Positions 39,690 to 50,631 of a DNA stretch of 64,000 bases are shown piece after piece. Below the pieces are notes generated by a model that saw nothing but the letters and a program-made list of their open reading frames with translations, was not told the DNA's origin and did no database searches. This DNA comes from Thermodesulfovibrionales bacterium (GTDB lineage Bacteria; Nitrospirota; Thermodesulfovibrionia; Thermodesulfovibrionales; SM23-35): the NCBI GenBank assembly GCA_963715195.1, contig CAVQRT010000002.1, positions 1 to 64,000 on the forward strand, in the 5' to 3' direction. A program made the translations under genes and the position numbers. Within the stretch, counting starts at the first letter, position 1, and every line of letters starts with the position of its first letter.

Positions 39690-41474
39690 ATGAGTATAAT
39701 AACGTGGACGTGGATAATCGTTGGTGCAACATTTGCTTTATATATAGGGGTAGCATTCTGGGCTAAGGCAAGATCGACCGGCGAATTCTATGTCGCAGCG
39801 AAACAGGTCCACCCGGTACTTAATGGAATGGCCACCGGTGCAGACTGGATGTCTGCGGCCTCATTCATTTCAATGGCAGGGTTGATATCCTTCCTCGGGA
39901 GGGACGGCGCCATGTATCTCATGGGCTGGACAGGCGGCTATGTCCTACTTGCCATGCTCCTGGCACCCTATCTCAGAAAATACGGGAAATACACCGTGCC
40001 GATGTTCGTCGGTGAACGGTACTATTCACAGGCCGCCCGCGTTGTCGCCGTCATCTGTGCCATTTTTGTCTCGTTCACCTATGTTGCGGGACAGATGCGC
40101 GGTGTCGGTGTTGTCTTCTCACGTTTCCTGGAAGTCCCCATTAATACAGGCGTCCTTATCGGCATGGGAATCGTGTTCTTCTATGCCGTGCTGGGAGGAA
40201 TGAAGGGAATCACCTACACGCAGGTCGCCCAATACTGTGTTTTGATAACCGCATACCTCATCCCGGCTATTTTTATATCAATAATGCTTACCGGGAACCC
40301 GATTCCTCAGTTCGGCTACGGGAGCACGTTAAGTGAAAACGGCATGCAACTTTTGAATACAAGCGGTGGGTATCTCCTGGATAAACTCAACGAGGTCCAG
40401 AAAGACCTGGGCTTTCCCGCATATACCGGGCGGGGCTCAAAGAGTATGATCGACGTGTTTATGATTACTTTCGCACTTATGGTAGGAACAGCTGGCCTTC
40501 CCCACATCATCATTCGCTTCTTCACAACGCCCACCATCAGAGGGGCGCGTGCCTCAGCAGGATGGGCATTGCTCTTCATCGCTATTTTGTATACAACAGC
40601 CCCGGCAGTTGCCTCCTTTGCCAGACTCAACATGATTCACACCCTCAACAACAAGGCCTACGCTGAAGCCCCAAGCTGGTTCAAGAACTGGGAAAAAACA
40701 GGACTTGTCGCCTGGAAAGATAAGAATGGTGACGGCATGATACAGTATGCAAAGGGCGACGCATTTAAGGGGAAAATAGCTTTTGAAACAGGTGCCGTCG
40801 GTCCCTATGGCGAAAGGGTCGTGAAAACACCCATAAATGAGGAAAGCACCAGTGAGCTTTATATTGACAGGGACATCATGGTTCTGGCCAATCCTGAAAT
40901 TGCCAAGCTTCCTGCGTGGGTAGTAGCTTTAGTAGCAGCGGGAGGACTTGCCGCAGCACTCTCCACTGCTGCCGGACTTCTTCTGGTCATCGCTTCTGCC
41001 TTCTCCCACGACCTGATAAAGAATGTTATCGCCCCGAATACGTCTGAGAAGGGAGAGCTCATAGCGGCAAGGATCGCTGCTGGATTTGCGGTGACGGTTG
41101 CTGGTTATTTCGGCATCCATCCGCCGGGATTTGTTGCCCAAGTCGTTGCCTTCGCGTTCGGACTTGCAGCGTCATCGTTCTTCCCTATTATTATCATGGG
41201 AGTCTTCTGGAAAAGGACTACCAAGGAAGGAGCAATTCTGGGAATGCTCAGCGGTATCATCTTTACCGCCGCTTATATCATCTATTTCAAATTTGTCAAT
41301 CCTGACATGAATAAGGCTCAATACTGGCTCTGGGGAATTTCTCCTGAAGGTATCGGAACAATCGGGATGCTCATCAATTTTGTCGTTACGTTCGTAGTAT
41401 CCAAAATAACAAAGGAGCCTCCGAAGGCGGTTCAGGATATGGTTGCAAGCCTGCGCTATCCGAGAGAGATTTAA
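39690..41474 (+). CDS. Sodium/cation:solute symporter, ActP-like (acetate/carboxylate)
   Basis: NGMATGADWMSAASF, GTAGLPH...RFF, LAAALST; adjacent to acs. Confidence 0.92.
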   Translation: MSIITWTWIIVGATFALYIGVAFWAKARSTGEFYVAAKQVHPVLNGMATGADWMSAASFISMAGLISFLGRDGAMYLMGWTGGYVLLAMLLAPYLRKYGKYTVPMFVGERYYSQAARVVAVICAIFVSFTYVAGQMRGVGVVFSRFLEVPINTGVLIGMGIVFFYAVLGGMKGITYTQVAQYCVLITAYLIPAIFISIMLTGNPIPQFGYGSTLSENGMQLLNTSGGYLLDKLNEVQKDLGFPAYTGRGSKSMIDVFMITFALMVGTAGLPHIIIRFFTTPTIRGARASAGWALLFIAILYTTAPAVASFARLNMIHTLNNKAYAEAPSWFKNWEKTGLVAWKDKNGDGMIQYAKGDAFKGKIAFETGAVGPYGERVVKTPINEESTSELYIDRDIMVLANPEIAKLPAWVVALVAAGGLAAALSTAAGLLLVIASAFSHDLIKNVIAPNTSEKGELIAARIAAGFAVTVAGYFGIHPPGFVAQVVAFAFGLAASSFFPIIIMGVFWKRTTKEGAILGMLSGIIFTAAYIIYFKFVNPDMNKAQYWLWGISPEGIGTIGMLINFVVTFVVSKITKEPPKAVQDMVASLRYPREI

Positions 41475-41482
41475 TCCTTTCC

Positions 41483-41515
41483 GACAGGGAGGATCTTTTT
41501 CAGGTCCTCCCTGTC
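41483..41515 (+). terminator. Stem-loop between the symporter and acs
   Basis: GACAGGGAGGA/TCCTCCCTGTC 11-bp stem with no clear U tract. Confidence 0.55.
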
Positions 41516-41659
41516 AGGAGAAAAGATGAAAACATGTATAATAGAGACGCCTCTTGAAGAAATCATGAAGACAAGCAGGATAAGCCACGGTGAGACAGTA
41601 TTGCAAATTTCACCTGTTGATTCTTCTCACCAAACTCAGGAAAGGAGGAGTTACCGATA

Positions 41660-43631
41660 ATGTCCAACGAGAGTATTGACGTATTGATGGCGGAAAAGAG
41701 GACGTTCCCTCCGTCGAAGGAATTCAGCAAAAAGGCGCATATCAAAAACATCAAAGAGTATGAAGAACTGTACAAAAAGTCTGTTGAAAATCCTGACGAA
41801 TTCTGGGCAGAAATGGCAGAAAAGCACCTGACCTGGTACAAGAAATGGGATAAGGTTTCAGATTGGGACTTTCATAAGCCATATATCAAATTTTTTATTG
41901 GGGGAAAATTGAATGCCTGCTACAACTGCCTTGACAGGTTTATAAATACCCCGACCAGGAACAAAGCAGCCATTATCTGGGAATCGGATGATGGAACATA
42001 TAAAACCTACACGTATCAGCAGTTATACCGCGAAGTGAGCCGATTCGCCAATGTCCTGAAAAAACATGGCGTGAAGAAAGGAGACAGGGTAACCATCTAT
42101 CTCCCCATGATTCCGGAACTCCCGATCTCGATGCTTGCCTGTGCCCGCATCGGTGCAATCCACAGCGTCGTTTTCGGAGGGTTCAGTGCAACAGCACTGA
42201 AAGACAGGATACAGGACTGCAAATCAAACCTCCTTATTACTGCGGACAAAGGCGCCAGGGGCGGACGGTTTGTCCCTCTCAAGGCAAATGCCGACCAAGC
42301 CCTACAGGAATGTCCTACTGTTCAGAAAACTATCGTCGTAAAACGGGTTGGGAGTGTGGATATGGAACCCAACAGGGATCTGTGGTGGCATGATGAGATG
42401 AATGACCCTGACATATCAGACTACTGTGAACCCGAACAAATGGATGCCGAGGATCCCCTGTTCATCCTGTATACGTCAGGTTCCACAGGGAAACCAAAGG
42501 GAGTCCTTCACACCGTTGGCGGATATATGCTGTATACAAACCTCACATTCAAATGGATATTTGATTACCGTGATGAAGATATCCACTTCTGCACTGCGGA
42601 CATCGGTTGGGTCACCGGGCATAGCTATATTCTCTATGGTCCTTTGAGCAGCGGGGCAACCAGCCTGATGTTTGAAGGTATCCCGACATATCCCGATCCA
42701 AGCAGGTTCTGGAAAATTGTGGACAAATTCGGGGTCAACATTTTTTATACAGCACCGACTGTAATCAGGGCCCTTATGAGAGAGGGTGAGAGCTGGGTTA
42801 ACAAACACGATCTTTCCTCACTGAGATTGCTCGGGACAGTCGGAGAACCGATCAACCCCGAGGCATGGATGTGGTACCATACCCATGTTGGGAAAACGAA
42901 ACTACCGATTGTTGATACATGGTGGCAGACTGAGACAGGCGGTATATTAATTACACCTTTGCCCGGAGCCATGACAACAAAGCCGGGATCAGCCAGCAAA
43001 CCATTTCCAGGAGTCGTTCCGAAAGTTTTAAAAGAAGACGGCTCCCCTGCCGGCGCTCATGAAGGCGGGTACCTTGTCATCGAAAAACCATGGCCGGGAA
43101 TGCTCCGCGGCACTTACGGAGACCCGGAGAATAAACGCATCAAGGAAGTGTATTTTCACGCGCTTTCCCGGGAAATACTTCACCGGTGATGGTGCACGGG
43201 TCGATGAAGACAACGATTATTGGCTTATGGGAAGAATTGACGATGTTATCAATGTTTCCGGCCACAGGATCGGAACAGCTGAAGTCGAGTCTGCCCTCGT
43301 AAGCCATGAGGCAGTAGCTGAAGCTGCAACAGTCGGCTACCCGCATGATATTAAAGGTGAAGGCATTTATGTCTACGTGACTCTGAAGGAGGGCTTCGAA
43401 CCCACCCCTGAACTCACCAAGATACTCGTCGGTCACGTGAGGCAGGTGATTGGCCCGATAGCAACCCCTGATAAAATACAGTTTACCCCGGGTTTACCAA
43501 AAACGAGGAGTGGTAAGATTATGCGAAGGATACTCCGGAAAATAGCACGGGGAGATACGGAAGACCTCGGCGATACATCCACCCTTGCAGATCCTTCCGT
43601 GGTCAATGAGATCCTGAAGGGGAAAGTGTAA
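41660..43631 (+). CDS. acs: Acetyl-CoA synthetase (one +1 frameshift near 43155)
   Basis: [31 protein letters not shown]. Split over two frames at the TATTTTCACG run. Confidence 0.95.
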
Positions 43632-43730
43632 TAACGTCGGACAACAGAATGATATGTTCCCAAAAGGGTAGAGTAAAATCTACCCTTTTTGTTTTTCCCG
43701 CGGTAAAATAAACCGCGTAAGGAGAATTGT

Positions 43731-46416
43731 GTGTCGGTAAAAAACCTTGAATATTTTTTCAATCCCCGTAGAATCGCTGTCATCGGTGCATGTGAAGACA
43801 GATACTCGATAGGCTACACAGTTTTCAAAAATCTCTTTGGCAAAGGGTTCAAAGGTTCTGTGTATCCTGTCAACCCCCGTGTCGAGGCAGTACAGGGGGT
43901 AGAGGCATATCCCAAAATATCCGACATTCAGCGCGAAATCGATCTGGCCATTGTGGCAGTCCCCCCTCAAGAGATTCCCCAGGTGCTTGATGAATGCGGC
44001 ATCAAAGGAGTAAAGGGGGTCATAATCCTCTGTTTTGATTTTAAGAAGAGGGTTGAAAATTCTCAGGACCTCCAGGGAAAAATTAAAGATGCCTCTGACA
44101 AATATGGATTCAGGGTTCTGGGTCCTGATTCACTTGGATTTATCAAGCCGAGCATGAATCTCAACGCAAGCATCTATCCTCAAATACCTCCGAAGGGGAA
44201 TATCGCTTTCATAGCGCAAAGCACTACCCTCTCATCCGCACTTCTGGACTGGGCGTCAAGCAAGAACATCGGTTTCAGCTACTTCATTTCTATCGGAACG
44301 AAAATTGATATCAAACTCGCAGACCTCATTGACTTCCTTGGGGTTGATCCGGAGACACGGGCTATTATTCTCTACATAGAATCCATAAAAAACGGGCGTA
44401 AATTCATAACTGCTGTCCGGAGTTTTGCATCCAGCAAGCCGATCATGATAATTAAATCCGGGAAATTCGATGTCTCTGCCCATGTTGCACTCACGCATTC
44501 AGGGTACATGGCGGGAGAAGACAAGGTTTACGATGCAGCCTTTGAACGTGCAGGAGCCATACGGGTTGATGAAACCCTTGATCTCTTCTATCTTGCCGAG
44601 TCCCTCTCCAAACAGCGCCGTCCCAAGGGTAACCATCTGGCAATTATCACGAATTCCGGTGGCTCCAGCCATCATAGCTGTCGACACCCTGCTTAAACTG
44701 AACGGGGAATTGGCAATGTTAAGTAAAGAAACTGAGGAATCCCTCCGCACGCACTTCACCTATCTTAGGTTTATTCAGAATCCCGTCGATCTGTTCGTTG
44801 AGGCATCTCCAAAGGATTATGATGTCGCATTGAGAGGTTGCCTTAAGGATAAGAATGTCGACGGCGTTCTCGTTATCCATACTCCCTCTTACCTGCCGAA
44901 CTCAAGGGAAATTGCAGAGGCAGTAGTTGAGGCAGCAAAAGCGTATCCCTATAAACCGATCTTCACCATCTGGATGGGCGGAGAGCAGGTGATTGCCTCA
45001 AGGGAATTTCTCAGCAGCCACGGGATACCGACTTTTGTATCCACAGAACAATCAGTCAAGAGCTTCATGTATATGTACCGGTATGATTACAACCTCCGTC
45101 TCCTTCTCGAAACACCGGAGGTGATTCTGAAGGATTTTGAACCCGATGAGTACCGCGCCGAGGAGATAATCAGAAAGGCATCGGAAGAGAAAAGGCTTCT
45201 CCTGAATCTCAATGAGGTAAAAGATGTTCTCCTCTCGTACGGGATACCGGTCGTTCCCACAAAGGTAGTTCAGACTGCTGAAGAAGCAATCGAGATCGCT
45301 GATTTCATCGAATATCCTGTAGTTTTAAAAATTGATTCAAGGAAAATATTTCATAAAACCGAACTGGGGGGTGTCTGGTTAAACCTCAGGGACCAGAATG
45401 CAATCAGAGAAGCCTTTAAGCACCTTCAGGAGCTTGCTGTGATGGCGAAAGATCCAGATGCACAGGTTATCATTCAGCCGATGGTATCACATAATGGTTA
45501 TGAACTCGTGATCGGCGCCAAAAAAGACCCGACGTTCGGGTCGGTAATTGTCTTTGGTACCGGCGGGGTCCTTCTTGATGTCGTCGAGGATTATGCCATA
45601 GGACTTCCGCCCCTCAATCAGACATTGGCAAGGCGCATGATGAACAAGACGAAGATTTATAACCATCTCCGCCGTCAGGTAGGTTTCGAAAGCACGCTCC
45701 GCTATATTGAGGAAGTCCTTGTTCGGTTCTCTCATCTGATCATTCATTTTCCCCATATTAAGGAGATCGATATCAATCCCTTCTTTGTCTCAAATGAGGA
45801 GAGCTTTGCGTTGGATGCCAACATCCTGCTCGAGGCGGATGTCCTTGAAGGTTTCGTTCCTGTGAGAGGTGACTTCTGTCCTCCTCACCTTTCCATCTGT
45901 CCCTACCCCGATCAATACATTGACGTTTTCAAGTTGCGGGATGGCCCTGCTGCCGTTATCAGGCCCATCCGTCCTGAGGATGAACCTCTCATAAAAGAAT
46001 TGCTGAAGAGGTCTTCCGAACAGACACTCATGATGAGGTTTTTTAGGAAAGTATCTGACATGACTCATGAGCAACTTACGCGGTACTGTCACGTTGATTA
46101 TGACCGGGAGATCTCCTTCGTGGCTATCCTCACCGACACCGGCGGGGACCGGATAGTCGGCGAGGTTCGGATGAGCAGACTGCCCGATCAGGAGAATGCT
46201 GAAATGGCTGTTGTAGTTGGGGACCCCTGGCAGGGAAAGGGCATTGGGAAGGCCCTCTGTATGCACTGTTTGAAGATTGCGAAGGAGATCGGGATTAAAA
46301 AAATGTGGATGGAAATTCTGCAGGTAAATTCAAGGATGCTTCACCGGGCAGAAACCATGGGCTTTACGAAAGTTTCATCTGATGAGGAGTCGTTAAAAGT
46401 TCTGCTTGATTTGTAA
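43731..46416 (+). CDS. Pat-type protein lysine acetyltransferase (NDP-forming acyl-CoA ligase-like + C-terminal GNAT), one +1 frameshift near 44664
   Basis: CoA-binding N-terminus, TNSGG-PA, NPVD, ATP-grasp-like region, IRPIRPED...WQGKGIG GNAT. Confidence 0.9.
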
Positions 46417-46432
46417 TATTTGCAGAAAGGGA

Positions 46433-46461
46433 TTGAAATTTTTTAAAAAGATCGCTAAACT
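46433..46461 (+). promoter_or_regulatory. sigma70-like promoter for the porin
   Basis: TTGAAA-N17-TAAACT. Confidence 0.45.
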
Positions 46462-46498
46462 CAATAGAATTTAAAATTTTTCATCACAAGGAGGGGTT

Positions 46499-47761
46499 AT
46501 GAAGATTTTATTTCGAGGGTTTCTGGCATGTATTTTCATCTTTCTGCTGTCAGGTGCCGTCTTCGCTCAGGCAACGGTGACTGATATGCAGAGTCAGCTC
46601 GAAATGCTGATGAAACAGGTGGATGCGCAAAAGAAGCAGATCGAGTCACTGCAAAATACCATCAACGAAATGCAAAGCAAACAGGCTGTACCTGCAGCAC
46701 CTGCCGCAGCTCCGGAAGTAAAAGTAAGTTCCAAATACGATATCAAGATCTACGGGAAAATAAAGTTTGACACTATTTATGATACCAATAACATGGGGAG
46801 AGATGAATTTATTACGTTTGTTCCCCAAAACGCTGACGGTAAAGACAAAGCAACATTTAATGTTCGTGACACTCGTTTGGGTATTGCCGTTACCGGTCCG
46901 TCGATGAATGGCTGGACAGCTAGTGGCCGTTTTGAATCCGATTTTTATGGTAGCGACCCGACAAGTAATGGTGGCCTAAGAATTCGTCTCGCCTACATAG
47001 ATTTCAAAAAAGATGGCACCGGAATCAGGGTTGGACAGGACTGGAACCAAATTGCTGCACTGAATCCGACAACTGTCGACTTTGCGATCATGGGGTACAA
47101 TGGTAACCTTTGGAATAGGGTCCCACAGGTAACCTTACGGCAGAATTTCGGAAGCGGGCTTGACGGTCTCCTCACTGTCTATCGTTACCGTTGGAATGAT
47201 GATGACGCCGGCTCAAAAGTTGATACACAGATTCATATGCCTTGGATTGGCGGAAAAGTCGCCTATGCAGGCAAACTCATTGATCCCGACAAAAATGCCT
47301 ACATTGCACTTGATGGTGCAGTCAGAAATGGTCAAGCCGGGGATAATGACGTGACTCCTTATGTTGCTGCACTCGAGTTGAAACTGCCCATTATGTTCGT
47401 CGAGTTAACCGGTGAAGCATACATGGGGCAGGGTCTCGGCTCTGAGTATTTCCATACTGGTTCCGGCGGGGCTTTCAGTGCAAAAGGGAATGCGGTATTG
47501 ACCCGCGGCGGTTTTCTCCAGGCCAGTGTAAAACCGATCAAAGATATCACTGTGAATGTTGGATATGGCTTGGATGATCCTAAGAACGCTGATGCAGGAA
47601 GCGATTTCTTCCAGAAGAGCAACTATGCTTTTGGTAATGTGTTTATACAGCTCTTTAATGACATCTCAGCAGGCATGGAAGTAGCCCATGTGAATACTGA
47701 TTGGGCAACCGGCGATGAGCACGGCACCCGCTATCAGGCTTCATTGATGTATAACTGGTAA
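46499..47761 (+). CDS. DcaP-like outer-membrane porin
   Basis: Signal peptide, N-terminal coiled coil, YGKIKFD, TRLG, ESDF, RIRLAY, GQDW, RVPQ, terminal aromatic residue. Confidence 0.8.
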   Translation: MKILFRGFLACIFIFLLSGAVFAQATVTDMQSQLEMLMKQVDAQKKQIESLQNTINEMQSKQAVPAAPAAAPEVKVSSKYDIKIYGKIKFDTIYDTNNMGRDEFITFVPQNADGKDKATFNVRDTRLGIAVTGPSMNGWTASGRFESDFYGSDPTSNGGLRIRLAYIDFKKDGTGIRVGQDWNQIAALNPTTVDFAIMGYNGNLWNRVPQVTLRQNFGSGLDGLLTVYRYRWNDDDAGSKVDTQIHMPWIGGKVAYAGKLIDPDKNAYIALDGAVRNGQAGDNDVTPYVAALELKLPIMFVELTGEAYMGQGLGSEYFHTGSGGAFSAKGNAVLTRGGFLQASVKPIKDITVNVGYGLDDPKNADAGSDFFQKSNYAFGNVFIQLFNDISAGMEVAHVNTDWATGDEHGTRYQASLMYNW

Positions 47762-47777
47762 GAACTTTAATATACAG

Positions 47778-47803
47778 CAAGGGGATGGGAAGCCATCCCC
47801 TTG
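47778..47803. terminator. Hairpin between the convergent porin and ftsK
   Basis: CAAGGGGATGG/CCATCCCCTTG. Confidence 0.7.
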
Positions 47804-49873
47804 TCATCTCCTTCTCCTGAGAAAATCTCTCGGTTTTCCGGCGGCCCTTGGCGGACCTACCAGACCATCCTCTTCCATTAATTCCATGATGCGTGCAGCC
47901 CTGTTGTACCCTATCTTGAGTCGCCTCTGGATAAAGGATATGGAGACCTCGCCGGTTGTCTCCCCGATCTCAATCGCTTTCTGATACATTTCGTCTCGTT
48001 CCGCATATTTTTCATCATCACCCGGTTCGTCCAGGTTCTGAATGCTCTCCATAATCCTGTAATCAGGCCTCCCCTGTGTTTTTATAAACTCGGTAACGCC
48101 CTGTATCTCCTCTTCGGTAATCAGCGCTCCATGAACGCGGATGATGCGTGCACCGGGCAGCATCAAAAGCATATCTCCTTTCCCGAGGAGCTGCTCTGCG
48201 CCATGGGTATCGAGGATTGTGCGGGAATCCACTTTTGAAGATACCTGGAAAGAAAGTCTCGCGGGAAAGTTCGCCTTGATAATTCCGGTAATGACATCAA
48301 CAGAAGGTCTCTGAGTGGCCAAAATAAGGTGTATGCCTGCCGCACGTCCCATCTGTGCAAGCCTTGTTATGGAATCTTCCACATCCGTCGGCGCAGTAAA
48401 CATAAGGTCAGCGAGTTCATCAATAATAATGACGAGATAGGGCAGATGCTCCTCATCCTTTGCCTGCAGGTTGAAGCTCTCTATGTTCCGGGAGCCCTTT
48501 TCTGCAAGAAACCGGTAGCGCCTCTCCATTTCGAAAACCATCTTCCTCAATGCCTCTGCTGATTCTTTCGGGTTCGTAATAACGGGAGAAATAAGATGGG
48601 GGATTTCCTGATAGGCGGAAAGTTCGAGCAGCTTCGGATCGACCATGAGCATCTTCACCTCAGCAGGAGTTGCCTTATACAACATGCTCATCACCATGGA
48701 ATTTATGGATACACTCTTTCCTGACCCGGTTGCACCGGCAACGAGCAGGTGCGGCATTTTGGAGAGATCTGCAACGACCGGGGCACCTGAAATGTCTTTG
48801 CCGAGTCCGAGGGTAAGTTTCGATTTGCTCTTCTGAAACCCTTCTGAAGAGAGTATCTCTCTCAGAGAAACGGTTTCCCGTTGCTTGTTGGGGACTTCTA
48901 TGCCGAGAACAGCTCTGCCCGGGATAGCTGATACCCGTATGCTTTGCGCTTTGAGCGCGAGGGCAAGATCATCAGACAGGGAAACAATCTTGTTGATCTT
49001 GACCCCGGGAGCCGGTTCGAATTCATACATCGTGATAATGGGACCGGGATTTACCTTGGTGATTTTTCCTTCTACGCCGAAATTATACAGCTTCTGCTCA
49101 ATGAGTGATGAATCAGCGATAAGTTCTTCATGAGATGGCTTGACAACCTCAGAAACGGAGTGCCGCAGGATTTCGAGAGAGGGGAATTCGTAGTCACCTT
49201 CCTTTCTCGGCAGCATGGGCGCAGCAGGTTCAGCAACAGGGTAAGCTACAGGCGCAAACTCGGATTCGGTAATAAGTATCTCCTCCTGTTCTTCTGGTTC
49301 CGCTTCTTCCCTGAACTCTTTTCGTTCAACCTGCCGGGTCCTCTTTCTGACCGCAATGGCAGTCACTGACACAGGGCTTATCAATACGATCGAAGACAGA
49401 AGAGCCGAGAGTGAAAAGATATAGGCGCCGGGCAGGGATACCAGTTGAATGGCAAGATATGCCAGCGCCTTGCCCGCAAGGCCACCAATTCCGTCGGGAT
49501 ACTTCTCCAGCCCGATACCAAAGGTGTGAGAGAGGAGGGAGAGAAGAAGAGACGTAGATATGGTGCATAAGATCCCCCCGAGGAGATATATCCGGTGTCG
49601 CCCCAGCCCCAGCAGACGTTTCACCCCGAATGCAATAACGAAAACAGGGATGATGAACGCAGCAAGCCCGAGAAGAATGATGAGAAAACCCGATAATTGC
49701 GCCCCGACAACGCCCCCCAGATTCCGGACAGGTTCGGGCGGTTCTGTCGTCCTGAAAAAAAGAACGGAGTCCCTCAGCGAGTGGGTAAAGAGAATCATCA
49801 GCAGATAGAAACTGCCCATGAGCGAGACAACGCCGGCAATCTCTTCTTTTACCCGTCTTATTCTTTCCACCAT
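47804..49873 (-). CDS. ftsK: DNA translocase FtsK
   Basis: 4TM N-terminus, AGATGSGKS, IIDELAD, ATQRPS, QRRLKIGYNRAAR gamma domain. Start placed at MVERI. Confidence 0.95.
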   Translation of the reverse strand: MVERIRRVKEEIAGVVSLMGSFYLLMILFTHSLRDSVLFFRTTEPPEPVRNLGGVVGAQLSGFLIILLGLAAFIIPVFVIAFGVKRLLGLGRHRIYLLGGILCTISTSLLLSLLSHTFGIGLEKYPDGIGGLAGKALAYLAIQLVSLPGAYIFSLSALLSSIVLISPVSVTAIAVRKRTRQVERKEFREEAEPEEQEEILITESEFAPVAYPVAEPAAPMLPRKEGDYEFPSLEILRHSVSEVVKPSHEELIADSSLIEQKLYNFGVEGKITKVNPGPIITMYEFEPAPGVKINKIVSLSDDLALALKAQSIRVSAIPGRAVLGIEVPNKQRETVSLREILSSEGFQKSKSKLTLGLGKDISGAPVVADLSKMPHLLVAGATGSGKSVSINSMVMSMLYKATPAEVKMLMVDPKLLELSAYQEIPHLISPVITNPKESAEALRKMVFEMERRYRFLAEKGSRNIESFNLQAKDEEHLPYLVIIIDELADLMFTAPTDVEDSITRLAQMGRAAGIHLILATQRPSVDVITGIIKANFPARLSFQVSSKVDSRTILDTHGAEQLLGKGDMLLMLPGARIIRVHGALITEEEIQGVTEFIKTQGRPDYRIMESIQNLDEPGDDEKYAERDEMYQKAIEIGETTGEVSISFIQRRLKIGYNRAARIMELMEEDGLVGPPRAAGKPRDFLRRRR

Positions 49874-50625
49874 AATCCTGTTATTATAACAACTGCCAGG
49901 ACAAACCGGTAAAAGACGAAGATATTCAGGGGATATTTCTTGAAGAAGTGCAGCAAGAATTTGATGGCAACAAGACCTGTGCAAAAAGAGGCAACAAGAC
50001 CGGATGCAAAAAGGCTGAAGTTATAATTCTCCGCACTGCCGATAACCTTTGTTGCATGCAAGAGGACTGCACCGGCAATAATCGGCGTTGAGAGAAGAAA
50101 CGAAAACCGGGCAGATGCTTCCCGCTCGAGTCCTGCGAAGAGACCAGCTGCGATGGTAATCCCGGAGCGGGAAACACCGGGAATTATTGCCACCGCCTGT
50201 GCGATACCAATGAAGAGGGCGTTGCCGAATGTGATTGTATCAATATTTTTAAACTTATATGCCTTTTCAGACAGGAGCATCACAAAGCCCACGCCAATCA
50301 ACATCACACTGATTATCAACGGACTTCTCATAGACGTCTCAACGATGTCGTTCAGCAAGAATCCGGTGATACCGGCAGGAACTGATGCCATGAGAATAAA
50401 CGCGAATAATTTCTGTTTCCTCACGATGAGGTCAATCCAGTCTTTCCAAAAACAGCAGAGCAGAGCACACAGGGTCCCGCCGTGCAAAGCGATATCAAAG
50501 GTGAGGGTATCAACCTCACCGTTCCAGCTGAAAAACCAGGGGAGCAGGATCAGATGCGCCGTGCTGCTGACTGGCAGGAACTCGGTAAACCCCTGGACGA
50601 CGCCGAGAATGATGGCTTCGAACAC
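49858..50625 (-). CDS. uppP: Undecaprenyl-diphosphate phosphatase
   Basis: QGFTEFLPVSSTAH, PGVSRSG. Confidence 0.95.
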   Translation of the reverse strand: MFEAIILGVVQGFTEFLPVSSTAHLILLPWFFSWNGEVDTLTFDIALHGGTLCALLCCFWKDWIDLIVRKQKLFAFILMASVPAGITGFLLNDIVETSMRSPLIISVMLIGVGFVMLLSEKAYKFKNIDTITFGNALFIGIAQAVAIIPGVSRSGITIAAGLFAGLEREASARFSFLLSTPIIAGAVLLHATKVIGSAENYNFSLFASGLVASFCTGLVAIKFLLHFFKKYPLNIFVFYRFVLAVVIITGLWWKE

Positions 50626-50631
50626 GCGAGC

